From Candidatus Woesebacteria bacterium (GTDB lineage Bacteria; Patescibacteriota; Microgenomatia; UBA1400; UBA12108): a DNA stretch of 64,000 nucleotides. The stretch is from positions 96,213 to 160,212 of the forward strand of contig JAGOVG010000002.1 of the NCBI GenBank assembly GCA_018060845.1, read 5' to 3'. Positions 28,890-36,952 of this stretch are shown in pieces (positions within the stretch are counted from its first letter, which is position 1; every line of letters starts with the position of its first letter). Under the pieces are notes generated by a model, which was not told the DNA's origin, did no database searches, and worked only from the letters and a program-made list of their open reading frames with translations. The position numbers were made by a program, and so were the translations under genes.

Positions 28890-29972
28890 ATGACAAATCT
28901 CGTAACCTGTCCATCCTGTGGTCACAGTTTCTCTCCCGACGATATCCTGACTCACGAAATAGAGGTAGAGCTAAGAGCCAAGCTCGAAAAAGAGCTAAAG
29001 TCAAAAGCCAAAGAAGAAGCGCGCACCGAGATATTAGACAAAGAAAATCAAATCAAAGAGCTGCAGCAAAAAGCCAAAGTAGCCGAAGAAGCAGAGCTAC
29101 GGCTGCGCAAAGAAAAGAGAGAGATTGAGGAGGCTCGCGAAAAGTTTGAACTCGAAAAAACTCGCCAACTAGATACAGAGCGGCAAAAAATCAGAGAAGA
29201 GGCCGAAAAAGCGATACTAGAAAAAGAAAAATACAAACTAGACGAATACGAAAAAAAGATCAAAGACATGCAAGCAGCGTTAGTCGACGCACAAAGGAAA
29301 GGCAGTCAGACCAGCCAGCAGCTGCAAGGCGAGGTGCAGGAGCTAGATCTCGAAAACACGCTCCGTAGGATGTATCCATATGACGAGGTAGGCGAAGTCA
29401 AAAAAGGCGAAAACGGAGCAGACATTAGGCAGACTGTCCGGACAGACAAAGGGACCGTTTGTGGCAAAATCTTGTGGGAGAGTAAGCGGACTAAGAGCTT
29501 CTCTGAGCTCTGGGTCTCAAAGCTCAAAGAAGATATGCGCAGAGACGGCGCGCATATCGGGGTTATCGTGACCCAGGCCATGCCACTAGGTGTTACCGAT
29601 AGCATTACCCAGATCCAGGGTATCTGGATTCTCATGCCAGACTCAATTGCCCCCTTATCCGCCTTGCTTCGCAAAAACTTGATCGATGTAGCCCGCGAGC
29701 GTCACGTTGCAGCCCACAAACAAACAACCGCCGAGAGCCTCTACGATTACGTAACCAGCAATGTTTTTACCCAGAATGTAGAGCGGATGCTCCGGGTTTA
29801 CCTAGACATGAAGTCCGCTATCGCCAAAGAAGCAGCCAGTGCCGAGCGCAGCTTTAAGGCCCGCAATATGCAGGTCGATGTCTTAATCTCTGGTATTAGC
29901 GGTATCTATGGCGAGATGCAGGGGATCGCCGGCAGTAGTCTCCCCAGCATCCCGCTGCTCGAAGAAAATTAA
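28890..29972 (+). CDS. zinc-ribbon / long coiled-coil / C-terminal PD-(D/E)xK-like nuclease-fold protein (DUF2130-like)
   Basis: N-terminal CPSCGHSF is followed by about 170 aa of K/E-rich heptad-like sequence. The C-terminal motif GADIRQTV...GKILWESKRTK fits a D...(D/E)xK motif. The start is taken at MTNLVTCPSCGH (28890). Confidence 0.55.
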   Translation: MTNLVTCPSCGHSFSPDDILTHEIEVELRAKLEKELKSKAKEEARTEILDKENQIKELQQKAKVAEEAELRLRKEKREIEEAREKFELEKTRQLDTERQKIREEAEKAILEKEKYKLDEYEKKIKDMQAALVDAQRKGSQTSQQLQGEVQELDLENTLRRMYPYDEVGEVKKGENGADIRQTVRTDKGTVCGKILWESKRTKSFSELWVSKLKEDMRRDGAHIGVIVTQAMPLGVTDSITQIQGIWILMPDSIAPLSALLRKNLIDVARERHVAAHKQTTAESLYDYVTSNVFTQNVERMLRVYLDMKSAIAKEAASAERSFKARNMQVDVLISGISGIYGEMQGIAGSSLPSIPLLEEN

Positions 29973-29975
29973 AAA

Positions 29976-30767
29976 ATGAAAATAACAGTCATCATAATCC
30001 ACTATGGCCTCATCGATACGACTAGGCGCTGTCTAACTAATCTCAAATCCAAAATTGGCGATCACCAGCTCATCTTAATCAACAATACTAGTGACGATAT
30101 AAAAGATCTGAGTAATATTATTCAGGGTACGACCCTCATCGATAACCACGAAAATCTTGGTTTTGCTAAGGGTGTAAATAAAGGGATCACGCTTGCGCTC
30201 AAAGACAAGACAGTTGGTGCAGTATTTCTCATGAACAATGATCTAACCATCACTCGCGGTAGCTTTAGCCAGCTGACCCTGGTGTTAAATAAGATCCCAT
30301 CCGCCGGCATAGTGACACCCATTCTTCACCACAAACGTGGTTACGACTGGGGAGCCAGATTAAATAAATGGACTGGAATGGTTAGGCACAAAAATTGGGA
30401 CAACAAGCCAAAGACGGTTCAGCCTGCCCAGCATGTCGCCGCAGCAGCCATGTTGATCAGAAGAAAATTAATCGACAAAATCGGTTTGTTCGACGAGCGC
30501 TTCTTTGTCTACTACGAAGACGTAGATTATTGTCTGCGCGCGTATGACTCTCTCTCAACTATCCACATCACCCCTGATGTCGAGGCTGAGCACGCTGGCT
30601 CATCTGGCAGTAGTATTGCTACTCGCACACGGTACCAGTGGGTCTCCCATTTTCGCTTTGTAAATAAATACGTCTTTAAGCACGTTTACCCCACTGCCTA
30701 CATATATTCGCTTATCATGTACCCGCTCTTTATGTTAAAAAATATGATAATAGGCAGTAAGTCATGA
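29976..30767 (+). CDS. family-2 glycosyltransferase
   Basis: KITVIIIHYG and FFVYYEDVDYCLRA are GT2 signatures. Confidence 0.7.
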   Translation: MKITVIIIHYGLIDTTRRCLTNLKSKIGDHQLILINNTSDDIKDLSNIIQGTTLIDNHENLGFAKGVNKGITLALKDKTVGAVFLMNNDLTITRGSFSQLTLVLNKIPSAGIVTPILHHKRGYDWGARLNKWTGMVRHKNWDNKPKTVQPAQHVAAAAMLIRRKLIDKIGLFDERFFVYYEDVDYCLRAYDSLSTIHITPDVEAEHAGSSGSSIATRTRYQWVSHFRFVNKYVFKHVYPTAYIYSLIMYPLFMLKNMIIGSKS

Positions 30768-31393
30768 ATATTCCAGGTCTCACAGTCCTCACTCTAAGTA
30801 CACCCGATATCAAAGATTTTGCCCTAGAGCGCAACAAGATGCTAAGTAGCGCAAAGACAGATTGGGTATTATTTTTAGATAGTGACGAGGTTTTGTCACC
30901 TGAGTTAGAGCAGGAGTTAAAGGATGCTCTAAATTCTAAAAGGTCTCGATTTTACAGTGCATACCAGATCCGTAGGCAGGACACTTTTTTGAATAAAGTC
31001 CTCCATTATGGTGAGACAGGTAATGCTTACTTTGTTAGATTGGCCAAGAGGGACTGGGGTCACTGGGAGGGGGTAGTGCACGAAAAATGGCAGGGGAGTG
31101 GGCTGGTTGGGACGCTCAAGAACCCAATAATTCACAATCCCCATAGCTCTCTCTCTGTATTCGTCGACAAAATTAACAATTACTCGACCCTAGCCGCCAA
31201 AGAGCGTCATATGGCTGGTCAGCATAGTAACTTTTTTCATATCACGATCTATCCACTAGCCAAATTTGTCCAAAACTATCTCTTCCGTCTCGGGTTTCTT
31301 GACGGTGTCCCAGGTCTTATTCATGCACTTATGATGTCGTGGCACAGCTACCTGACCCACACCAAAAACTACTTATTATGGCAACAAAAATAA
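30764..31393 (+). CDS. GT2-like glycosyltransferase-family protein
   Basis: DWVLFLDSDEVL (a DXD-type motif) is present. It overlaps the upstream GT2 by 4 nt. Confidence 0.45.
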   Translation: MNIPGLTVLTLSTPDIKDFALERNKMLSSAKTDWVLFLDSDEVLSPELEQELKDALNSKRSRFYSAYQIRRQDTFLNKVLHYGETGNAYFVRLAKRDWGHWEGVVHEKWQGSGLVGTLKNPIIHNPHSSLSVFVDKINNYSTLAAKERHMAGQHSNFFHITIYPLAKFVQNYLFRLGFLDGVPGLIHALMMSWHSYLTHTKNYLLWQQK

Positions 31394-32448
31394 CCAGGTT
31401 CTTACTGACTGCACTTGTTTTGTCACTCGGGTTTGGCCAGCTCCTCAGGTTTGAAATATCCGGTTTGCCGTTTTTTATCCATGATCTCTTGGTACTGTTA
31501 ACCATCACTTTTAACCTAAAAAGTCTTGTCTCGGTCACACCAAATAAGGGGTTAAAAGTATTTGGGGTAGGGCTGTTGCTCGGCTGGACTTTCGCGCTCT
31601 TTAGTTACCCATCCGCAGAGTTCTTAGTACCTGCGCTCTACACACTACGTTTACTATCCTATCTCTGTGTGTATTTAATTACAAAAAGTAAAAAGACAGT
31701 GATTAACCCTAATGTATTTAAGATCTCTGGGATAATCATGTTGACGCTCGGCCTCGCGCAATATTTCTTGATGCCTGACATGCGCTGGGCGCAGTATCTC
31801 GGGTGGGACGATCATCTTAGTCGCCTCACACTCCCTCACTTTGACCCTACCTTCACCGGAGTTATGTTGGCACTCGCGCTCCTCTCACTTGTGCCTACTA
31901 GGTTGCATCTAAAATCTTTCAATTTTCTACTTTATACTTTCTACTTTGCGTGTATCCTATTTACCTATTCTCGCTCTGTCTGGCTCTCGCTCATGATGAC
32001 GGGTTTCTACTTTATAAAAAACAAACTAGTCATATTAGTAGCTGCACTCGTCATGCTCCTAGCGATCACTGCGCTGCCTGAGCGATTTGGGGAGGGGACT
32101 AACCTACTTAGAACGTACAGCATCACTTCTCGCTTTGACAGTGATCTCGGATATGTCAAAAAGTATGGCTGGTCCCTCTTCATTGGTCGTGGTCTCAACA
32201 CTCTAATTTTGGATCAAGAGACAAGGTCACTCCCTAATCACGCAACAGGCCCTAACAATAGCTATCTCTATGTCTTATCGACAACTGGACTAGTCGGGCT
32301 AATAGGGTGGGGGATGTTTATGAGGTCACTCTATCTAGACTCTAGCCACCGACCAATGCTAATCTTCTTCTGCATCGCCTCACTCTTTAACAATGTGATG
32401 TTCTATCCTTTTGCGCTACTCTGGGTGTTAATGGAAGAATCAAGCTGA
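31378..32448 (+). CDS. O-antigen ligase/polymerase-like membrane protein (Wzy_C family)
   Basis: About 10 TM segments. The motif TYSRSVWLSL matches the conserved SR(G/S)xWL box of WaaL/Wzy-type proteins. Confidence 0.55.
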   Translation: MATKITRFLLTALVLSLGFGQLLRFEISGLPFFIHDLLVLLTITFNLKSLVSVTPNKGLKVFGVGLLLGWTFALFSYPSAEFLVPALYTLRLLSYLCVYLITKSKKTVINPNVFKISGIIMLTLGLAQYFLMPDMRWAQYLGWDDHLSRLTLPHFDPTFTGVMLALALLSLVPTRLHLKSFNFLLYTFYFACILFTYSRSVWLSLMMTGFYFIKNKLVILVAALVMLLAITALPERFGEGTNLLRTYSITSRFDSDLGYVKKYGWSLFIGRGLNTLILDQETRSLPNHATGPNNSYLYVLSTTGLVGLIGWGMFMRSLYLDSSHRPMLIFFCIASLFNNVMFYPFALLWVLMEESS

Positions 32449-33204
32449 AATAAATTTTTCAAGTATAGAGTTAAACAAATCCGACTGCTCCATTGTCAAC
32501 ATGTGACCAGAGTTGTTAATGACAACTTTTTTTATTGTTCTAACCTCATTCTGTAATATAGCAGCTATTTCTTGGTAATAGCTAAGATCTAACTCACCGG
32601 TAACTACTAGTACAGGGAGCGATATTTCAGCCAGTCTCGTAATAGCAGCTTTGTTGGGCCGTATTCTATACCCAGAATTTTGCCAGTGCCAGCCAGAGTA
32701 GTCGCCTACCATCATCTTTAACTGTGATAATACATCTGGGTACATATGTGAAGAACTAAACACGGGGTGGTTTAACCAATTTACTTTGGCTTGTTCTAGA
32801 CCAACTTCATTTATATGAACATCCCAGTCAACTGTACTACTATATCCACCCAATGAAGAAGAAACTAAAGTTAATGTTTTGACGTAGTCGGGATAATCAA
32901 GTGCAAAATTTAATGCCTCTTCTCCACCTAAAGATAGTCCAACAAGATGCATTCTATTTATATCTAGGTGATCAAGTAGTGCTTTAAGATCTTCGTGGTA
33001 ACTGTATTCACAACTAGGCAAACTGGATTTGCCGTATCCTCGCATATCAAGAGTTAGACACTGATAATTAGCTTTGAAATAATTTACTTGATCAACCCAC
33101 ATTCTAGAATCAAGAGAAAAACCATGCAAGAAAACTATCGTCTCTCCAGTCCCGCAGAGATCGTAATTAATAACTCCACCATTATAAGAGAAGGTTCCGT
33201 ACAT
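32440..33204 (-). CDS. alpha/beta-fold hydrolase
   Basis: The HGxxxD-type oxyanion region VFLHGFSLDSRMW and the nucleophile elbow VGLSLGG are present. Confidence 0.7.
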   Translation of the reverse strand: MYGTFSYNGGVINYDLCGTGETIVFLHGFSLDSRMWVDQVNYFKANYQCLTLDMRGYGKSSLPSCEYSYHEDLKALLDHLDINRMHLVGLSLGGEEALNFALDYPDYVKTLTLVSSSLGGYSSTVDWDVHINEVGLEQAKVNWLNHPVFSSSHMYPDVLSQLKMMVGDYSGWHWQNSGYRIRPNKAAITRLAEISLPVLVVTGELDLSYYQEIAAILQNEVRTIKKVVINNSGHMLTMEQSDLFNSILEKFISA

Positions 33205-33213
33205 AATAAGCGG

Positions 33214-33921
33214 TTATGGTTCCCACCGCAGCTTAATTGTAGTCACAGCTTCGTTCCCGGCTAGATCTACTGCCTTAACCGCTACATCTTGGTCACCCTC
33301 AACTAGCTGGTAAGGTAGATTAAATGTCCCATCGCTCGAAAGTATTGCCATTCTCTCACCTACATAAACCTTGGTATCTTCTTCATTAACTCCACCCACA
33401 AAAGTAGCGATCCTCTGCGATGTCCCTCTAAACACATCTCCATCCTTTGGCGAATCGAGAGTCACTGTTGGCTTTTCGTTGTCTAGCGTTATTGTGTATT
33501 CTTTCGATTTTTCACTCATCATCCCCTGGGCAGTCGATGTATAGGCGTATACCGAGTTGTCACCACTATTGATTGGGACGTTCTGAAAAGTAAAAGTGCC
33601 TGATTCTGATGTTAGTTTGCGTCCGATCTCTGCACCGTTTAGATACATGACGACATCTATCCCTGGCTGCGCATAGCCATTGATTGCAACTGTGGCGCTA
33701 TGTGTTGCTTCGGGGATATCAGAGATTATCGGGGGAGTCGGCTTGAGTTCATATTTTTGTGTTGGGGTAGAGTCTGTCGAGATCATGTTTCCTGCTAGGC
33801 GAGCGAGGGCTGGTAGACCCCAGAAGATGGTAACTAATACTAGTGCTAAGGCAATAACCAGGAACCACACTCCCTGCTTCCCTGCGCGCTTACTCCTGAT
33901 CCTCTCTAGTCTTGAGCTCAT
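33214..33921 (-). CDS. membrane-anchored secreted protein with Ig-like (Big-type) beta domains
   Basis: N-terminal TM helix (VWFLVIALALVLVTIFWGL) is followed by a beta-rich repetitive ectodomain. Confidence 0.45.
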   Translation of the reverse strand: MSSRLERIRSKRAGKQGVWFLVIALALVLVTIFWGLPALARLAGNMISTDSTPTQKYELKPTPPIISDIPEATHSATVAINGYAQPGIDVVMYLNGAEIGRKLTSESGTFTFQNVPINSGDNSVYAYTSTAQGMMSEKSKEYTITLDNEKPTVTLDSPKDGDVFRGTSQRIATFVGGVNEEDTKVYVGERMAILSSDGTFNLPYQLVEGDQDVAVKAVDLAGNEAVTTIKLRWEP

Positions 33922-34039
33922 AACTTAGAGTATACACTAGCTGATATTGAGCCAGGACAGGGAATCGTGACGGCAAAAGCAAAGCTTAAGCCTAATCCCC
34001 GGAGGGGAAACCTTGGTGAGATCAACTGTCCGTTGTCTG

Positions 34040-34112
34040 AGCCAGGACAGGGGATCGAACCCTGGACCTGCGGTTTACGATACCGCTGCTCTACCAACTG
34101 AGCTATCCTGGC
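34040..34112 (-). tRNA. tRNA-Thr (anticodon CGT)
   Basis: Reverse complement GCCAGGATAGCTCAGTTGGTAGAGCAGCGGTATCGTAAACCGCAGGTCCAGGGTTCGATCCCCTGTCCTGGCT. It forms a cloverleaf with anticodon loop ATCGTAA. Confidence 0.85.
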
Positions 34113-34130
34113 TTAAAGGCTATTATCCTA

Positions 34131-34799
34131 TTAACTGCTCAATTTGGCTACGATCTCACGGACTTCGGTTACATCTTTGGCGTAATAATCTGCATTTTCT
34201 GGTAGGGGTTGCCAGTCGTAGCCGTGGTGGTACTCTGTAAAGCAAATAACATGTGCCCCGCTCGCTTTGGCCGCTGTTACACCAGTCTGCGAGTCTTCTA
34301 AAATTATTGTTTTCTCTGGTTTTACTCCCAGTTTCTCCATGGCATGTATGTACGGGTCCGGCGCTGGCTTAGATTTGAGAGTAGGGTGATTATTAACAGA
34401 CAAAATTAATGAGATTGATTTATTTTCTGCGATCCGATCCACTAGTGTTTTTACCCATGGTAGCAGAGAGCTAGACACTACTCCGATTTTATATCCCTCG
34501 CCTGCGAGGTACTTTATTAATTCGTTTAGCTTCTCAGTTAGTGGAATAGTGCCATAGATCCGCTCGCCCATCTCTATACATTTTTTCTCAAATGGCTCGT
34601 AGTCGCCGCTCCATCCTGCGGCAACATATAGGTCAAAAATCCCTTTAATAGATACTCCTCCTCGAACTTCGACCTTCGCAAATAGTACATCACCAAAGTG
34701 CTCTTTGAGGAGTTGATCAAATCCTATTCGCTCCCATTCTGTCTCCGTATCAGCTAGTACTCCGTCCATGTCAAATAGAAACGCTTTATTATCTGCCAT
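34131..34799 (-). CDS. HAD-superfamily hydrolase (beta-phosphoglucomutase/phosphatase-like)
   Basis: N-terminal FLFDMDGVLADTE (DxDG motif I) plus C-terminal motifs are typical of HAD subfamily IA. Confidence 0.75.
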   Translation of the reverse strand: MADNKAFLFDMDGVLADTETEWERIGFDQLLKEHFGDVLFAKVEVRGGVSIKGIFDLYVAAGWSGDYEPFEKKCIEMGERIYGTIPLTEKLNELIKYLAGEGYKIGVVSSSLLPWVKTLVDRIAENKSISLILSVNNHPTLKSKPAPDPYIHAMEKLGVKPEKTIILEDSQTGVTAAKASGAHVICFTEYHHGYDWQPLPENADYYAKDVTEVREIVAKLSS

Positions 34800-34834
34800 A
34801 TGATCTGTATCTTAACACAAGGTATAATTGCAGT

Positions 34835-35773
34835 ATGACTAGTCTAGTCTCTTTAATCACACCATTAAATCTACAAGAAGAAAAAGAAAAATTTCTGGGG
34901 AGCCACACATATAACCCAGTCTTTCACTACATTTGGCAGGATCAAGAGGTTGAAGACTTACAATTTAAGAACCCCTTAAAGCATGTTTTATACAATGCAA
35001 TTACCAATCAGGACATCAATAACATCAGCACAGCTGCCCTCAACCTATTTGAAGTAAATATTGAGGATGAAACATTGAAAGTCGCAAAGAATAATGCTCA
35101 AGTAAAAGGCGAAAAATCTAAAGGGTCTGCAGCAGAATATGCTAGGTTGACACGTGAAGGACTCGACTATTTTGGACTGACTGATGTAGAAGTGATCCTA
35201 ACCGATCAGGGAGGATTCAATGCACGTCCTCAGCACAAAGCCAAGAGTATTTTGGTCAGCAGCCACATCCAGTTCGAGTATTTTTCGATGGAGGGTGGGA
35301 TCCATCATGAGCTAGTCCACTGTATTCGCTACTATAATGCCCTTCATAACAAAATCAAAAAGAGTCTAAACTATCTCCCAACAGAAGAGGGCCTAGCTAG
35401 CTGGTGCCAGGATAATACAAATAGCGATAATGGCTTAGCTCAGCATGCTATGGAATATGTTGCAACTAGCGTCGGTCTAGGTGGTGGGAGTCTACGAGAT
35501 ATATATGAATGTTTCCGAGACTTTGGAGCCAGTAGCGAGCTGGCCTGGAAGAGAGCTAGTCGTCACAAATTTGGCTTTATTGATACTAGTGTCGGGGGAG
35601 ACATCATCAAACCAGCTATGTATTACGCTAACGAATTAAAAGTCGGACAGCTATCTGCATCTGAAAAACTTAGATTATTTGTTGGTAAAATATCTTTAGG
35701 TGAGTTGAGTAAGTACCCAGAGTATCTAGGTCGCTGGAGTGGGGATCAAATCACTCATTACTTTAAGTTATAA
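34835..35773 (+). CDS. DUF1704 / MATCAP-like putative zinc metallocarboxypeptidase
   Basis: HExxH is present (GGIHHELVHC). The EEGLA motif lies about 30 aa downstream and corresponds to the QEGLA motif of the family. Confidence 0.5.
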   Translation: MTSLVSLITPLNLQEEKEKFLGSHTYNPVFHYIWQDQEVEDLQFKNPLKHVLYNAITNQDINNISTAALNLFEVNIEDETLKVAKNNAQVKGEKSKGSAAEYARLTREGLDYFGLTDVEVILTDQGGFNARPQHKAKSILVSSHIQFEYFSMEGGIHHELVHCIRYYNALHNKIKKSLNYLPTEEGLASWCQDNTNSDNGLAQHAMEYVATSVGLGGGSLRDIYECFRDFGASSELAWKRASRHKFGFIDTSVGGDIIKPAMYYANELKVGQLSASEKLRLFVGKISLGELSKYPEYLGRWSGDQITHYFKL

Positions 35774-35791
35774 ACAATAGAGAAAGTATAT

Positions 35792-36211
35792 ATGATTTCT
35801 TGGTCACAAGATAAAGATCGTAGAATATACCCAGTGCACTACCGAAGAGCAGTTAACTTTTCAGGTGCTTTAGTATTATTATGTGATCAGTATGCTCATC
35901 GGCTAACAGAATATTCGGTTTCCGACTTACTGAACGATAGAATACATACATTAGAGCAATTTTTAGATAAGAAAAAAAAGCCTAAAATTGTCTACAGAAC
36001 AGATCAGCTAGATATCGAGACCTCCACACAAACAATTATTTCATTATTAGCAGTTTCTCCGATGATAAATACGCTACTTTTGCTGGCTCAAGATGCAGAC
36101 GCACTTAGTCAAAGATTTGAATGTACTACTATCAACGAACCTGACAATCGGATTTTCGGACGGTCATTGGGTGCAAACCAATTTACCAGTGAGTATATCT
36201 TTAAAGACTAG
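35792..36211 (+). CDS. hypothetical protein (139 aa)
   Basis: ORF 18 nt downstream of the DUF1704 gene. I found no recognisable motif. Confidence 0.35.
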   Translation: MISWSQDKDRRIYPVHYRRAVNFSGALVLLCDQYAHRLTEYSVSDLLNDRIHTLEQFLDKKKKPKIVYRTDQLDIETSTQTIISLLAVSPMINTLLLLAQDADALSQRFECTTINEPDNRIFGRSLGANQFTSEYIFKD

Positions 36212-36885
36212 TTAGCTATCACCACCAAGTTCTCGCCACTCTGTATATCTGCTCTCTTTCCTGCACGATCAGCATAAAAAATCTCTTCTACAGTCAGACC
36301 TGCATCAGCGCATAGCTCCATCATCTCAGGCAGCTCATATGCCACGCAGTATCTCTTCCAGGTTTTGTTATATGGCACTTCTACATGCGTCCCTAGGTGA
36401 TATTGAAGGAACTTCTCTTGCCACAGGTTCCATACAGTTAAAAACATAAAACCACCTGGGTTTAGATGTTTCCTAATCTCTTTTAGTACGTACACTTGGT
36501 TATTTCGCGATGGGATATGGTGGAGTACTGCCACACAAAAGATGGCATCATAAGTCCCTAGTCCAGCCCAGTCCTCTTTTGATAGTACATCGCCATATAT
36601 AAACTTATGCTCTGGGTGCAGCTGTCGGGCTTCGTTTAGCAGTGTCTCCGAAAAGTCGGTGCCTAAATAATTGACACCTGTAGGTAACGCTGTGACCAGC
36701 TTCCCATTACCACACCCTAGGTCTAGTACACTCTGCCCGGGCTTTAGTCTCGCTAGATACTCATCAGTCACCACCCAGTTAGAGCTGCCACTCCCATACT
36801 TTTTCTGCCTGGTTCTGCTAAAATGTACCCCTGCTTGGTTGTAAAAATCTTGCACACTCTTTATGACATCTTTATCTGAGCTCAT
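36208..36885 (-). CDS. class I SAM-dependent methyltransferase
   Basis: VLDLGCGNGK (motif I), DAIFCVAVLHH and LNPGGFMFLTVW are present. The start is taken at an internal Met (36885) to avoid overlap with the divergent Elp3 gene. Confidence 0.6.
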   Translation of the reverse strand: MSSDKDVIKSVQDFYNQAGVHFSRTRQKKYGSGSSNWVVTDEYLARLKPGQSVLDLGCGNGKLVTALPTGVNYLGTDFSETLLNEARQLHPEHKFIYGDVLSKEDWAGLGTYDAIFCVAVLHHIPSRNNQVYVLKEIRKHLNPGGFMFLTVWNLWQEKFLQYHLGTHVEVPYNKTWKRYCVAYELPEMMELCADAGLTVEEIFYADRAGKRADIQSGENLVVIAN

Positions 36886-36952
36886 ATACGCTAATCTTAC
36901 ACTCCTTACGCCAACGACTCTACCTGCGCTCAAGCGCGTGGTTGGTAAAGCG

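Noticed and set aside
36863-36952. Longer 521-aa version of the Elp3 ORF starting at 36863
   Set aside because: It would overlap the 5' end of the divergent methyltransferase by over 250 nt. An internal ATG at 36953 and a methyltransferase start at 36885 give a clean divergent pair. This remains uncertain without TSS data.
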